A stretch of 64,000 nucleotides of DNA from Eledone cirrhosa (lineage: Eukaryota), in contig OZ024741.1 in assembly GCA_964016885.1 (NCBI GenBank), positions 10,540,001 through 10,604,000 of the forward strand, written 5' to 3'. The notes beneath the pieces were generated by a model. It saw nothing but the letters and a program-made list of their open reading frames with translations, did not search any database and was not told the origin of the DNA. This document shows, one piece after another, positions 24,001-35,934 of this stretch (position 1 is the first letter of the stretch; each line of letters opens with the position of its first letter). Position numbers and translations under genes: made by a program.

Positions 24001-27000
24001 TTGGTGGTGATAGTGGTGGAGGGGGTGGTGTTGGTGTTGTTGGTGGTGGTGGTGATAGTGGTGGTGGTGGTGATAGTGGAGGAGGTGGTGGTGTTAGTGT
24101 CGTTGGTGGTGGTGGTGATAGTGGTGGTGGTGGTGGTGTTGGTGTCGTTGGTGGTGGTGGTGATAGTGGTGGAGGTGGTGGTGTTGGTGTTGTTGGTGGT
24201 GATAGTGGTGGAGGGGGTGGTGTTGGTGTTGTTGGTGGTGGTGGTGATAGTGGTGGAGGTGGTGGTGTTGGTGTCGTTGGTGGTGATAGTGGTGGAGGTG
24301 GTGGTGTTGGTGTCATTGGTGGTGGTGGTAATAGTGGTGGAGGTGGTGGTTTTGGTGTCGTTGTTGGTGGTGGTGATAGTGGTGGAGGTGGTTGTGTTGG
24401 TGTTGTTGGTGGTGTTGGTGGTGATAGTGGTGGAGGTGGTGGTGTTGGTGCTGTTGGTGGTGGTGATGATAGTGGTGGAGGTGGTGGTGTTGGTGGTAGT
24501 GGTGGAGGTGGTGATAGTGGTGGAGGTGGTGGTGTTGGTGTTGTTGGTGGTGGAGGTGGTGTTGGTGTCGTTGGTGGTGGTGGTGATAGTGGTGGAGGTG
24601 GTGGTGTTGGTGTCGTTGGTGGTGGTGGTGATAGTGGTGGAGGTGGTGGTGTTGGTGTTGTTGGTGGTGATAGTGGTGGAGGTGGTGGTGTTGGTGTCGT
24701 TGGTGGTGGTGGTGATAGTGGTGGAGGTGGTGGTGTTGGTGTTGTTGGTGGCGGTGGTGATAGTGGTGGAGGTGGTGGTGTAGGTGTCGTTGGTGGTGGT
24801 GGAGATAGTGGTGGAGGTGGTGGTGTTGGTGTTGTTGGTGGTGGTAGTGATAGTGGTGGAGTTGGTGTTGTTGGTGGTGGTGGTGGTGTTGGTGTTGTTG
24901 GTGGTGGTGGTGATAGTGGTGGTGGTGGTGGTGTTGGTGTCGTTGGTGGTGGTGGTGATAGTGGTGATAGTGGTGGTGGTGGTGGTGTTGGTGTCGTTGG
25001 TGGTGGTGGTGATAGTGGTGGAGGTGGTAGTGTTGGTGTTGTTGGTGGTGATAGTGGTGGAGGTGGTGGTGTTGGTGTTGTTGGTGGTGATAGTGGTGGA
25101 GGTGGTGGTGTTGGTGTTGTTGGTGGTGATAGTGGTGGAGGTGGTGGTGTTGGTGTTGTTGGTGGTGGAGGTGATATTGGTGGAGGTGGTGGTGTTGGTG
25201 TTGTTGGTGGTGGAGGTGATAGTGGTGGAGGTGGTTGTGTTGGTGGTAGTGGTGGTGGTTGTGATAGTGGTGGAGGTGGTGGTGTTCGTGTTGTTGGTGG
25301 TGGAGGTGGTGTTGGTGTCGTTGGTGGTTGTGGTAATAGTGGTGGAGGTGGTGGTGTTGGTGTTGTTGGTGGTGGTGGTGATAGTGGTGGAGGTGGTGGT
25401 GCTGGTGTTGTTGGTGGTGGTGGTGATAGTGGTGGAGGGGGTAGTGTCGGTGTTGTTGGTGGTGGTGGTGATAGTGGTGGAGGTGGTGGTGTTGTTGGTG
25501 GTGGTGGTGTTAGTGTTGTTGGTGGTGGTGGTGATAGTGGTGGAGGTGGAGGTGTTGGTGTTGTTGGTGGTGGTGGTGATAGTGGTGGAGGGGGTATTGT
25601 TGGTGTTGTTGGTGGTGGTGGTGATAGTGGTGGAGGGGGTAGTGTTGGTGTTGTTGGTGGTGGTGGTGATAGTGGTGGAGGTGTTGGTGTTGGTGTTGTT
25701 GGTGGTGGTGGTGATAGTGGTGGAGGTGGTGGTGTTGGTGTCGTTGGTGGTGGTGGTGATAGTGGTGGTGGTGGTGGTGTTGGTGTTGTTGGTGGTGGTG
25801 GTGATAGTGGTGGTGGTGGTGGTGATAGTGGTGGAGGTGGTGGTGTAGGTGTCGTTGGTGGTGGTGGTGATAGTTTTGGAGGTGGTGGTGTTGGTGTTGT
25901 TGGTGGTGGTAGTGATAGTGGTGGAGTTGGTGTTGTTGGTGGTGGTGGTGATAGTGGTGGAGGTGGTGGTGTAGGTGTCGTTGGTCGTGGTGGTGATAGT
26001 GGTGGTGGTGGTGGTGTTGGTGTTGTTGGTGGTGGTGGTGATAGTGGTGGTGGTGGTGGTGTTGGTGTCGTTGGTGGTGGTGTTGGTGTTGGTGTTGTTG
26101 GTGGTGGTGGTGATAGTGGTGGTGGTGGTGGTGTTGGTGTCGTTGGTGGCGTTGGTGATAGTGGTGAAAGTGGTGGTGTTGGTGTTGTTGGTGGTGGTGG
26201 TGATAGTGGTGGAGGTGGTGGTGTTGGTGTTGTTGGTGGTGGAGGTGATAGTGGTGGAGGTGGTGGTGTTGGTGTTGTTGGTGGTGGTGGTGATAGTGGT
26301 GGTGGTGGTGGTGTTGGTGTTGTTGGTGGTGGTGGTGATAGTGGTGGTGGTGGTGGTGTTGGTGTAGTTGGTGGTGGTGGTGATAGTGGTGGAGGTGGTG
26401 GTGTTGGTGTTGTTGGTGGTGGTGGTGATAGTGGTGGTGGTGGTGGTGTTGGTGTTGTTGGTGTTGGTGGTGATAGTGGTGGTGGTGGTGGTGTTGGTGT
26501 TGTTGGTGGTGGTGGTGATAGTGGTGGTGGTGGTGGTGTTGGTGTTGTTGGTGGTGGTGGTGATAGTGGTGGAGGTGGTGGTGTTGGTGTTGTTGGTGGT
26601 GGAGGTGATAGTGGTGGAGGTGGTGGTGTTGGTGTTGTTGGTGGTGGTGGTGATAGTGGTGGTGGTGGTGGTGTTGGTGTTGTTGGTGGTGGTGGTGATA
26701 GTGGTGGTGGTGGTGGTGTTGGTGTTGTTGGTGGTGGTGGTGATAGTGGTGGTGGTGGTGGTGTTGGTGTTGTTGGTGGTGGTGGTGATAGTGGTGGTGG
26801 TGGTGGTGTTGGTGTCGTTGGTGGTGGTGGTGATAGTGGTGATAGTGGTGGTGGTGGTGGTGTTGGTGTCGTTGGTGGTGGTGGTGATAGTGGTGGAGGT
26901 GGTAGTGTTGGTGTTGTTGGTGGTGATAGTGGTGGAGGTGGTGGTGTTGGTGTTGTTGGTGGTGATAGTGGTGGAGGTGGTGGTGTTGGTGTTGTTGGTG

Positions 27001-30000
27001 GTGATAGTGGTGGAGGTGGTGGTGTTGGTGTTGTTGGTGGTGGAGGTGATATTGGTGGAGGTGGTGGTGTTGGTGTTGTTGGTGGTGGAGGTTATAGTGG
27101 TGGAGGTGGTGGTGTTGGTGGTAGTGGTGGTGGTTGTGATAGTGGTGGAGGTGGTGGTGTTCGTGTTGTTGGTGGTGGAGGTGGTGTTGGTGTCGTTGGT
27201 GGTTGTGGTAATAGTGGTGGAGGTGGTGGTGTTGGTGTTGTTGGTGGTGGTGGTGATATTGGTGGAGGTGGTGGTGCTGGTGTTGTTGGTGGTGGTGGTG
27301 ATAGTGGTGGAGGGGGTAGTGTTGGTGTTGTTGGTGGTGGTGGTGATAGTGGTGGAGGTGGTGGTGTTGTTGGTGGTGGTGGTGATAGTGGTGGCGGGGG
27401 TAGTGTTGGTGTTGTTGGTGGTGGTGGTGATAGTGGTGGAGGTGGTGGTGTTAGTGTTGTTGGTGGTGGTGGTGATAGTGGTGGAGGTGGAGGTGTTGGT
27501 GTTGTTGGTGGTGGTGGTGATAGTGGTGGAGGGGGTAGTGTTGGTGTTGTTGGTGGTGGTGGTGATAGTGGTGGAGGTGGTGGTGTTGGTGTCGTTGGTG
27601 GTGGTGGTGATAGTGGTGGTGGTGGTGGTGTTGGTGTTGTTGGTGGTGGTGGTGATAGTGGTGGTGGTGGTGGTGTTGGTGTCGTTGGTGGTGGTGGTGG
27701 TGTTGGTGTTGTTGGTGGTGGTGGTGATAGTGATGGTGGTGGTGGTGTTGGTGTCGTTGGTGGTGGTGGTGATAGTGGTGGTGGTGGTGGTGTTGGTGTT
27801 GTTGGTGGTGTTGGTGATAGTGGTGGTGGTGGTGGTGTTGGTGTCGTTGGTGGTGGTGGCGATAGTGGTGGAGGTGGTGGTGTTGGTGTTGTTGGTGGTG
27901 GTGGTGATAGTGGTGGTGGTGGTGGTGTTGGTGTTGTTGTTGGTGGTGGTGATAGTGGTGGTGGTGGTGGTGTTGGTGTCGTTGGTGGTGGTGGTGGTGT
28001 TGGTGTTGTTGGTGGTGGTGGTGATAGTGGTGGTGGTGGTGGTGTTGGTGTCGTTGGTGGTGGTGGTGATAGTGGTGGAGGTGGTGGTGTTGGTGTTGTT
28101 GGTGGTGATAGTGGTGGAGGTGGTGGTGTTGGTGTTGTTGGTGGTGGTGGTGATAGTGGTGGAGGTGGTGGTGTTGGTGTCGTTGGTGGTGATAGTGGTC
28201 GAGGCGGTGGTGTTGGTGTCGTTGGTGGTTGTGGTAATAGTGGTGGAGTTGGTGGTGTTGGTGTCGTTGTTGGTGGTGGTGATAGTGGTGGAGGTGGTGG
28301 TGTTGGTGTTGTTGGTGGTGGAGGTGATATTGGTGGAGGTGGTGGTGTTGGTGGTAGTTGTGGTGGTTGTGATAGTGGTGGAGGTGGTGGTGTTCGTGTT
28401 GTTGGTGGTGGAGGTGGTGTTGGTGTCGTTGGTGGTTGTGGTAATAGTGGTGGAGGTGGTGGTGTTGGTGTTGTTGGTGGTGGTGGTGATTGTGGTGGAG
28501 GTGGTAGTGTTGGTGTTGTTGGTGGTGGTGGTGATAGTGGTGGAGGTGGTGGTGTTGGTGTTGTTGGTGGTGGTGGTGATAGTGGTGGAGGAGGTAGTGT
28601 TGGTGTTGTTGGTGGTGGTGGTGATAGTGGTGGAGGTGATGGTGTTGGTGTCGTTGGTGGTGGTGGTGATAGTGGTGGAGGTGGTGGTGTAGGTGTTGTT
28701 GGTGGTGGTGGTGATAGTGGTGGAGGTGGTGGTGTTGGTGTTGTTGGTGGTGATAGTGGTGGAGGTGGTGGAGTTGGTGTCGTTGGTGGTGGTGGTGATA
28801 GTGGTGGAGGTAGTGGTGTTGGTGTCGTTGGTGGTGGTGGTGATAGTGGTGGAGGTGGTGGTGTTGGTGTTGGTGGTGATAGTGGTGGAGGTGGTGGAGT
28901 TGGTGGCGTTGGTGGTGGTGGTGATAGTGGTGGAGGTGGTGGTGTTGGTGTTGTTGGTGGTGGTGGTGAAAGTGGTGGAGATGGTGGAGTTGGTGTTGTT
29001 GGTGGTGGTGGTGATAGTGGTGGAGATGGTGGAGTTGGTGTTGTTGGTGGTGGTGGTGATAGTGGTGGAGGTGGAGGTGTTGGTGTTGTTGGTGGTGGTG
29101 GTGATAGTGGTGGAGGTGGTGGTGTTGGTGGTGGTGGTGGTGTTAGTGGTGGAGGTGGTGGTGTTGGTGTTGTTGGTGGTGGTGGTGATAGTGGTGGAGT
29201 TGGTGTTGTTGGTGGTGGTGGTGATAGTGGTGGAGGTGGTGGTGTTGGTGTTGTTGGTGGTGGTGGTGATAGTGGTGGTGGTGGTGGTGTTGGTGTCGTT
29301 GGAGGTGGTGGTCATAGTGGTGGAGGTGGTGGTGTTGGTGGTGGTGGTGGTGGTGATAGTGGTGGAGGTGGTGGTGTTGGTGTTGTTGGTGGTGGTGGTG
29401 ATAGTGGTGGTGGTGGTGGTGTTGGTGTCGTTGGTGGTGGTGGTCATAGTGGTGGAGGTGGTGGTGTTAGTGTTGTTGGTGGTGGTGGTGATAGTGGTGG
29501 AGGTGGTGGTGTTGGTGTTGTTGGTGGTGGTGGTGATAGTGGTGGAGGTGGTGGTGTCGGTGTTGTTGGTGGTGGTGGTGATAGTGGTGGAGGTGGTGGT
29601 GTTGGTGTTGTTGGTGGTGGTGGTGATAGTTGTGGAGGTGGTGGTGTTGGTGTCGTTGGCGGTGGTGGTGATAGTGGTGGAGGGGGTAGTGTTGGTGTTG
29701 TTGGTGGTGGTGGTGATAGTGGTGGAGGTGGTGGTGTTGGTGTTGTTGGTGGTGGTGGTGATAGTGGTGGAGGGGGTAGTGTTGGTGTTGTTGGTGGTGG
29801 TGGTGATAGTGGTGGAGGTGTTGGTGTTGTTGGTGGTGGTGGTGATAGTGGTGGAGGTGGAGGTGTTGGTGTTGTTGGTGGTGGTGGTGATAGTGGTGGA
29901 GGTTGTGGTGTTGGTATTGTTGGTGGTGGTGGTGATAGTGGTGGAGGTGGTGGTGTTGGTGTTGTTGGTGGTGGTGGTGATAGTGGTGGAGGTGGTGGTG

Positions 30001-33000
30001 TTGGTGTTGTTGGTGGTGGTGGTGATAGTGGTTGAGGTCGTTGTGTTGGTGTTGTTGGTGGTGGTGGTGATAGTGGTGGAGGTGGTGGTGTTGGTGTTGT
30101 TGGTGGTGGTGGTGATAGTGGTTCGAGTTGATGGTGTTGGTGTTGTTGGTGGTGGTGGTGATAGTGGTGGAGGTGGAGGGGTTGGTGTTGTTGGTGGTGG
30201 TGGTGATAGTGGTGGAGGTGGTGGTGTTTGTGTTGTTGGTGGTGGTGGTGATAGTGGTGGTGGTGGTGGTGTTGGTGTCGTTGGTGGTGGTGGTGATAGT
30301 GGTGGAGGTGGTGTTGGTGTTGTTGGTGGTGGTGGTGATAGTGGTGGAGGTGGTGGTGTTGGTATTGTTGGTGGTGGTGGTGATAGTGGTGGAGGTGGTG
30401 GTGTTGGTGTTGTTCGTGGTGGTGGTGATAGTGGTGGAGGTGGTGGTGTTGGTCTCGTTGGTGGTGGTGTTGATAGTGGTGGAGGTGGTGGTGTTGGTAT
30501 TGTTGGTGGTGGTGGTGATAGTGGTGGAGGTGGTGGTGTAGGTGTCGTTGGTGGTGGTGGTGATAGTGGTGGAGGTGGTATTGTCGGTGTTGTTGGTGGT
30601 GGTGGTGATAGTGGTGGTGTTGGTGTTGTTGGTGGTGGTGGTGATAGTGGTGGAGGTGGTGGTGTAGGTGTTGTTGGTGGTGGTGGTGATAGTGGTGGAG
30701 GTGGTGGTGTAGGTGTCGTTGGTGGTGGTGGTGATAGTGGTGGAGGTAGTGATGTTGGTGTTGTTGGTGGTGGTGGTGATAGTGGTGGAGGGGGTAGTGT
30801 TGGTGTTGTCGGTGGTGGTGGTGATAGTGGTGGAGGTGGAGGTGTTGGTGTTGTTGGTGGTGGTGGTGATAGTGGTGGAGGTGGTGGTGTTGGTGTCGTT
30901 GGCGGTGGTGGTGATAGTGGTGGAGGGGGTAGTGTTGGTGTTGTCGGTGGTGGTGGTGATAGTGGTGGAGGTGGTGGTGTTGGTGTTGTTGGTGGTGGTG
31001 GTGATAGTGGTGGAGGTGGAGGTGTTGGTGTTGTTGGTGGTGGTGGTGATAGTGGTGGAGGTGGTGGTGTTTGTGTTGTTGGTGGTGATAGTGGTGGCGG
31101 TGGTGGTGTTGGTGTTGTTGGTGGTGGTGATGATAGTGGTGGAGGTGGTGGTGTTGGTGTTGTTGGTGGTGGTGGTGATAGTGGTGGAGGTCGTTGTGTT
31201 GGTGTTGTTGGTGGTGGTGGTGATAGTGGTGGAGTTGATGGTGTTGGTGTTGTTGGTGGTGGTGGTGATAGTGGTGGAGTTGGTGTCGTTGGTGGTGGTG
31301 GTGATAGTTGTGGAGGTGGTGGTGTTGGTGTCGTTGGTGGTGATAGTGGTGTAGGTGGTGGTGTTGGTGTTGTTGGTGGTGGAGGTAATAGTTGTGGAGG
31401 TGGTGGTGTTGGTGTTGTTGGTGGTGGTGGTGATAGTGGTGGAGGTGGTGGTGGTGGTGTTGTTGGTGGTGATAGTGGTGGAGGTGGTAGTGTTGGTGTC
31501 GTTGTTGGGGGGGATGATAGTGGTGGAGGTGGTGGTGTTGGTGTTGTTGGTGGTGGTGGTGATAGTGGTGGAGGTGGTGGTGTTGGTGTTGTTGGTGGTG
31601 GTGGTGATAGTGGTGGAGGTGGTGGTGTTGGTGCTGTTGGTGCTGGTGGTGATAGTGGTGGAGGTGGTGGTGTTGGTGTCGTTGGTGGTGGTGGTGGTGA
31701 TAGTGGTGGAGGTGTTGTGTTGGCGTTGTTTGTGGTGGTGGTGCTGTTGGTGTTGTTGGTGGTGATAGTGGTGGAGGTGGTGGTGTTGGTGTTGTTGGTG
31801 GTTGTGGTGATGGAGGTGGTGGTGTTGGTGTCGTTGGTGGTGGTGGTGATAGTGTTGGATGTGGTGGTGTTGGTGTTGTAGGTGTTGTTGGAGGTGGTGG
31901 TGATAGTGGTGGAGGTGGTGGTGTTGGTGTTGTTGGTGGTGATGGTGATAGTGGTGGAGGTGGTGGTGTTGGTGTTGTAGATGGTGGTGGTGATAGTGGT
32001 GGAGGTGGTGATGTTGGTGTTGTTGGTGGTGATAGTGGTGGAGGTGGTGGTGTTGGTGTTGTTGGTGGTGGTGATGATAGTGGTGGAGGTGGTGGTGTCG
32101 GTGTCGTTGGTGGTGGTGGTGGTGCTAGTGGTGGAGGTGGTGGTGTTGGTGTTGTTGGTGGTGGTGGTGATAGTGGTGGAGGGGGTAGTGTTGGTGTTGT
32201 TGGTGGTGGTGGTGATAGTGGTGGAGGTGGTGGTGTTGGTGTTGTTGGTGGTGGTGGTGATAGTGGTGGAGGTGGTGGTGTTGGTGTTGTTGGTGGTGGT
32301 GGTGATAGTGGTGGAGGTGGTGGTGTTGGTGTCGTTGGTGGTGGTGGTGGTGATAGTGGTGGAGGTGTTGTGTTGGCGTTGTTGGTGGTGGTGGTGATAG
32401 TGGTGGAGGTGGTGGTGTTGGTGTTGTTGGTGGTGATAGTGGTGGAGGTGGTGGTGTTGGTGTTGTTGGTGGTTGTGGTGATGGAGGTGGTGGTGTTGGT
32501 GTCGTTGGTGGTGGTGGTGATAGTGTTGGATGTGGTGGTGTTGGTGTTGTAGGTGTTGTTGGAGGTGGTGGTGATAGTGGTGGAGGTGGTGGTGTTGGTG
32601 TTGTTGGTGGTGGTGGTGATAGTGGTGGAGGTGGTGGTGTTGGTGTTGTAGATGGTGGTGGTGATAGTGGTGGAGGTGGTGGTGTTGGTGTTGTTGGTGG
32701 TGATAGTGGTGGAGGTGGTGGTGTTGGTGTTGTTGGTGGTGGTGATGATAGTGGTGGAGGTGGTAGTGTTGGTGTTGTTGGTGGTGGTGGTGATAGTGGT
32801 GGAGGTGGTGGTGTTGGTGTCGTTGGTGGTGGTGGTGATAGTGGTGGAGGTGGTGGTGTTGGTGTCGTTGGTGGTGGTGGTGATAGTGTTGGTGGTGGTG
32901 GTGTTGGTGATAGTGGTGGTGTTGGTGGTAGTGGTGGTGGCGGTGGTAGTGGTGGTGGTGGTGGTGGTGATGGTGGTATGGTGGTGGTGGCGGTGGTAGT

Positions 33001-33015
33001 GGTGGTGGTGGTGGT
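1..33015. repeat. Giant G/T-rich minisatellite array, ~45-bp unit (gatagtggtggaggtggtggtgttggtgttgttggtggtggtggt), running off the left edge of the window
   Basis: Unit read directly. Length variants mostly differ by whole ggt triplets (e.g. 39-bp units). The + strand is almost only G and T. The array ends at ~33,015 (gtcgttgtcgacgtcgtcg). Confidence 0.97.
12912..23850 (+). repeat. Second copy of a ~12.9-kb-period higher-order duplication (matches 1-~10,920)
   Basis: ORFs 201..2300 and 13112..15211 are identical (offset 12,911). Rare variants recur at the same offset, e.g. gttgatcatggt at ~2183/~15094 and gattgtagtggagcggg at ~2648/~15559. Confidence 0.92.
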
Positions 33016-33044
33016 CGTTGTCGACGTCGTCGTATTGATGAAAG

Positions 33045-34655
33045 CACCACCACAATGTCACCACCACAAACACCCACGCCACCACTACCACCACTACTAA
33101 CACCACTTCCACCACCACTACCACCACCACCAATACCACCACTACTACCATGACCACCACTACCACTACCACCACCACCAACACTGCCACCACCACTACC
33201 ACCACAACAACCACCACCACCACCACGACCACCCCCATTACCACCACCTCCACGACAACATCACCCCAACACGACCACCACTACATCGACTACCACCACC
33301 ACCACCAACACCACTAGTAACACCACCACCACTACCACCACACCACCGCCATAACAACACCACCAACATCACCCCAACACCAACACCACAATACCACCAA
33401 CATCACCCTGACACCACCACCACAACATCACCACCAACACCACCACCACGACATCACCACCACCACCACAACCACCAACATCACCCCAACACCACCACCA
33501 CAACCATCACCACCACATCACCACCATCACCACCACCATCACAACACCACCACCAACACCACCACACCATCACCACTACAACACCACCACCACCACAACA
33601 CCGCACCAACACCACCACACCACCATCACCACCACAACCATCACCACCATTCACCACCATCACCGCCACCACTACAACACCACCACCAACACCACCACAC
33701 CATCACCACCACCACAACATCACCTCAACACCACCACCACAACATCACCCCAACTCCACCACCACATCACCCCAACACCACCACCACCGCAACATCACCC
33801 CAACAACACCACCACCACAACATCACCCCAACAACACCACCACCACAACATCACCCCAACACCACCAACACCACAACATCACCCCAACACCACCACCACA
33901 ACATCACCCAACACCACCACCACCACAACATCACCCCAACACCACCATCACCCCACCAACACCACCACCACAACATCACCCCAACACCACCACCACAATA
34001 TCACCCCAACACCACCACCACAATATAACTCCAACACCACCACCATAACGTCACCACAACACCACCACCACCACAACATCACCCCAACACCACCATCACC
34101 ACAACATCACCCCAACACCACCACCACAACATCACCCCAACACCACCACCACAACATCACCCCAACACCACCACCACCACAACATCACCCCAACACCACC
34201 ACCAACACAACATCACCCCAACAACACCACCACCACAACATCACCCCAACACCACCACCACAACATCACCCCAACAACACCACCACAACAACATCACCCC
34301 AACTCCACCACCACAACAACATCACCCCAACTCCACCACCACAACATCACCACCTCCACCACCACCGTCACACCAAAATCATCACCACCACCACCATCAA
34401 TACCATCACAACCACCTTCAACACCACCACCACCACATCACCACCATCACCATCAATACCATCACCACCACCTTCAACACCACCAACAACATCACCCCAA
34501 CACCACCAGAACAACACCCCAACACCACCACCACAACATCACCCCAACACCACCAGAACAACACCCCACCTCCACCACCACCAACACCACAACATCACCA
34601 CCACCACCATCAATACCATCACCACCACCTTCAACACCACCACCAACAACACTAA
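33045..34655. repeat. C/A-rich minisatellite (~22-bp unit accaccacaacatcaccccaac), opposite strand polarity to the giant array
   Basis: Repeated acaacatcaccccaacaccacc motif read directly. Confidence 0.9.
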
Positions 34656-34656
34656 C

Positions 34657-34750
34657 CCACTATCAATAACATCACCGAACAGAGTTTTTACGCAATCATC
34701 CAACTTGCTAGAATTAGCCGGCAAATCTCGCGGTGGCGCTAGTGGTGATG
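34657..34750 (-). CDS. Putative internal exon of an unidentified host gene (..SPLAPPRDLPANSSKLDDCVKTLFGDVIDSG..)
   Basis: Unique 94-bp island between two repeats. On the minus strand: ctactag| acceptor, GG|gttagt donor and an open frame (overlaps ORF 34539..34724). No homology recognised. Confidence 0.35.
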
Positions 34751-35321
34751 CTAGTAGTAGTTGTAGTAGTAGTAGTGGTGGTGGTGGTGGTGGTAGTAGT
34801 AGTTATAGTAGTGGTAGTTGTGGTGGTGGTAGTAGTAGTTGTAGTAGTGGTTGTAGTAGTGGTGGTGGTGGTGGTAGTAGTAGTTGTAGTAGTAGTGGTG
34901 GTGGTGGTGGTGATGGTAGTAGTAGTTGTAGTAGTAGTGGTGGTGGTGGTGGTGGTAGTAGTAATGGTAGTAGTAGTGGTGGTAGTGGTGGTAGTAGTGG
35001 TGGTGGTGGTGGTGGTGGTGATAGTAGTAGTTGTTGTAGTAGTGTAGGTGGTGGTGGTAGTAGTTGTTGTAGTAGTAGTAGTGGTAGTGGTGGTGGTAGT
35101 AGTAGTTGTTGTAGTAGTGGTTGTAGTAGTGGTGGTGGTGGTACTAGTAGTTGTTGTAGTAGGGGTGGTGGTGGTGGTAGTAGTAGTAGTTGTAGTAGTA
35201 GTGGTAGTGTTGCTAGTAGTTGCTGTAGTAGTAGTAGTTGTAGTGGTGGTGGTGGTGTTAGTAGTAGTTGTAGTAGTAGTGGTGGTGGTCGTGGTTGTCG
35301 TCGTGGCGGTGGTAGTGGTAT

Positions 35322-35380
<59 letters not shown>

Positions 35381-35443
35381 ATGGTTGTAGTGATGGTGGT
35401 GGTGGTAGTAGTAGTAGTAGTGGTGGTATTGGTGGTAGTAGTG

Positions 35444-35479
<36 letters not shown>

Positions 35480-35493
35480 GCAGCAGCAGTATC

Positions 35494-35551
<58 letters not shown>

Positions 35552-35565
35552 ACAGCAGCAGCAGC

Positions 35566-35637
<72 letters not shown>
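34751..35637. repeat. Compound trinucleotide microsatellite (AGT)n/(GGT)n
   Basis: Long agt and ggt runs read directly. Confidence 0.95.
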
Positions 35638-35638
<1 letters not shown>

Positions 35639-35858
35639 CTGCTATCCAGCCACGACGGGACATATTTTTTATCTTGTAAAAAATAATGGCCACAGGTGTG
35701 TACTGGTGAGGAGATGGTTGGATCAGCCACAGGTGTGTGGTGATGACGATGATGACAATGATGATGGCGGAAGGAGGGGCTGAGAGGGAGGGCTTCTTGT
35801 TGGAGGCAGTGAAAGGTTGGGAGGGAGGTGCAAGGAGGATAGGCCCCGTCATTCTTAC

Positions 35859-35929
35859 CTGGCAGGTGTTGTGTATTGTTGGTAGCAATTCTAGTAAATC
35901 TAGAATGGCTACCCTCCGCTCTCTCTCAC
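35859..35929 (-). CDS. Putative internal exon of an unidentified host gene (xERERRVAILDLLELLPTIHNTCQ)
   Basis: Minus strand reads gtttctag|GTGAGAGAG...ACCTGCCAG|gtaaga: canonical acceptor and strong donor. 71 bp, phase 1 to phase 0, open, non-repetitive peptide. Confidence 0.55.
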
Positions 35930-35934
35930 CTAGA

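Noticed and set aside
1-33253. Very long ORFs (up to 3,283 aa) of poly-V/G on + and poly-T/H/P on -
   Set aside because: They are open in several frames on both strands because the triplet repeat composition rarely creates stops. No domain content, and frames switch at repeat variants.
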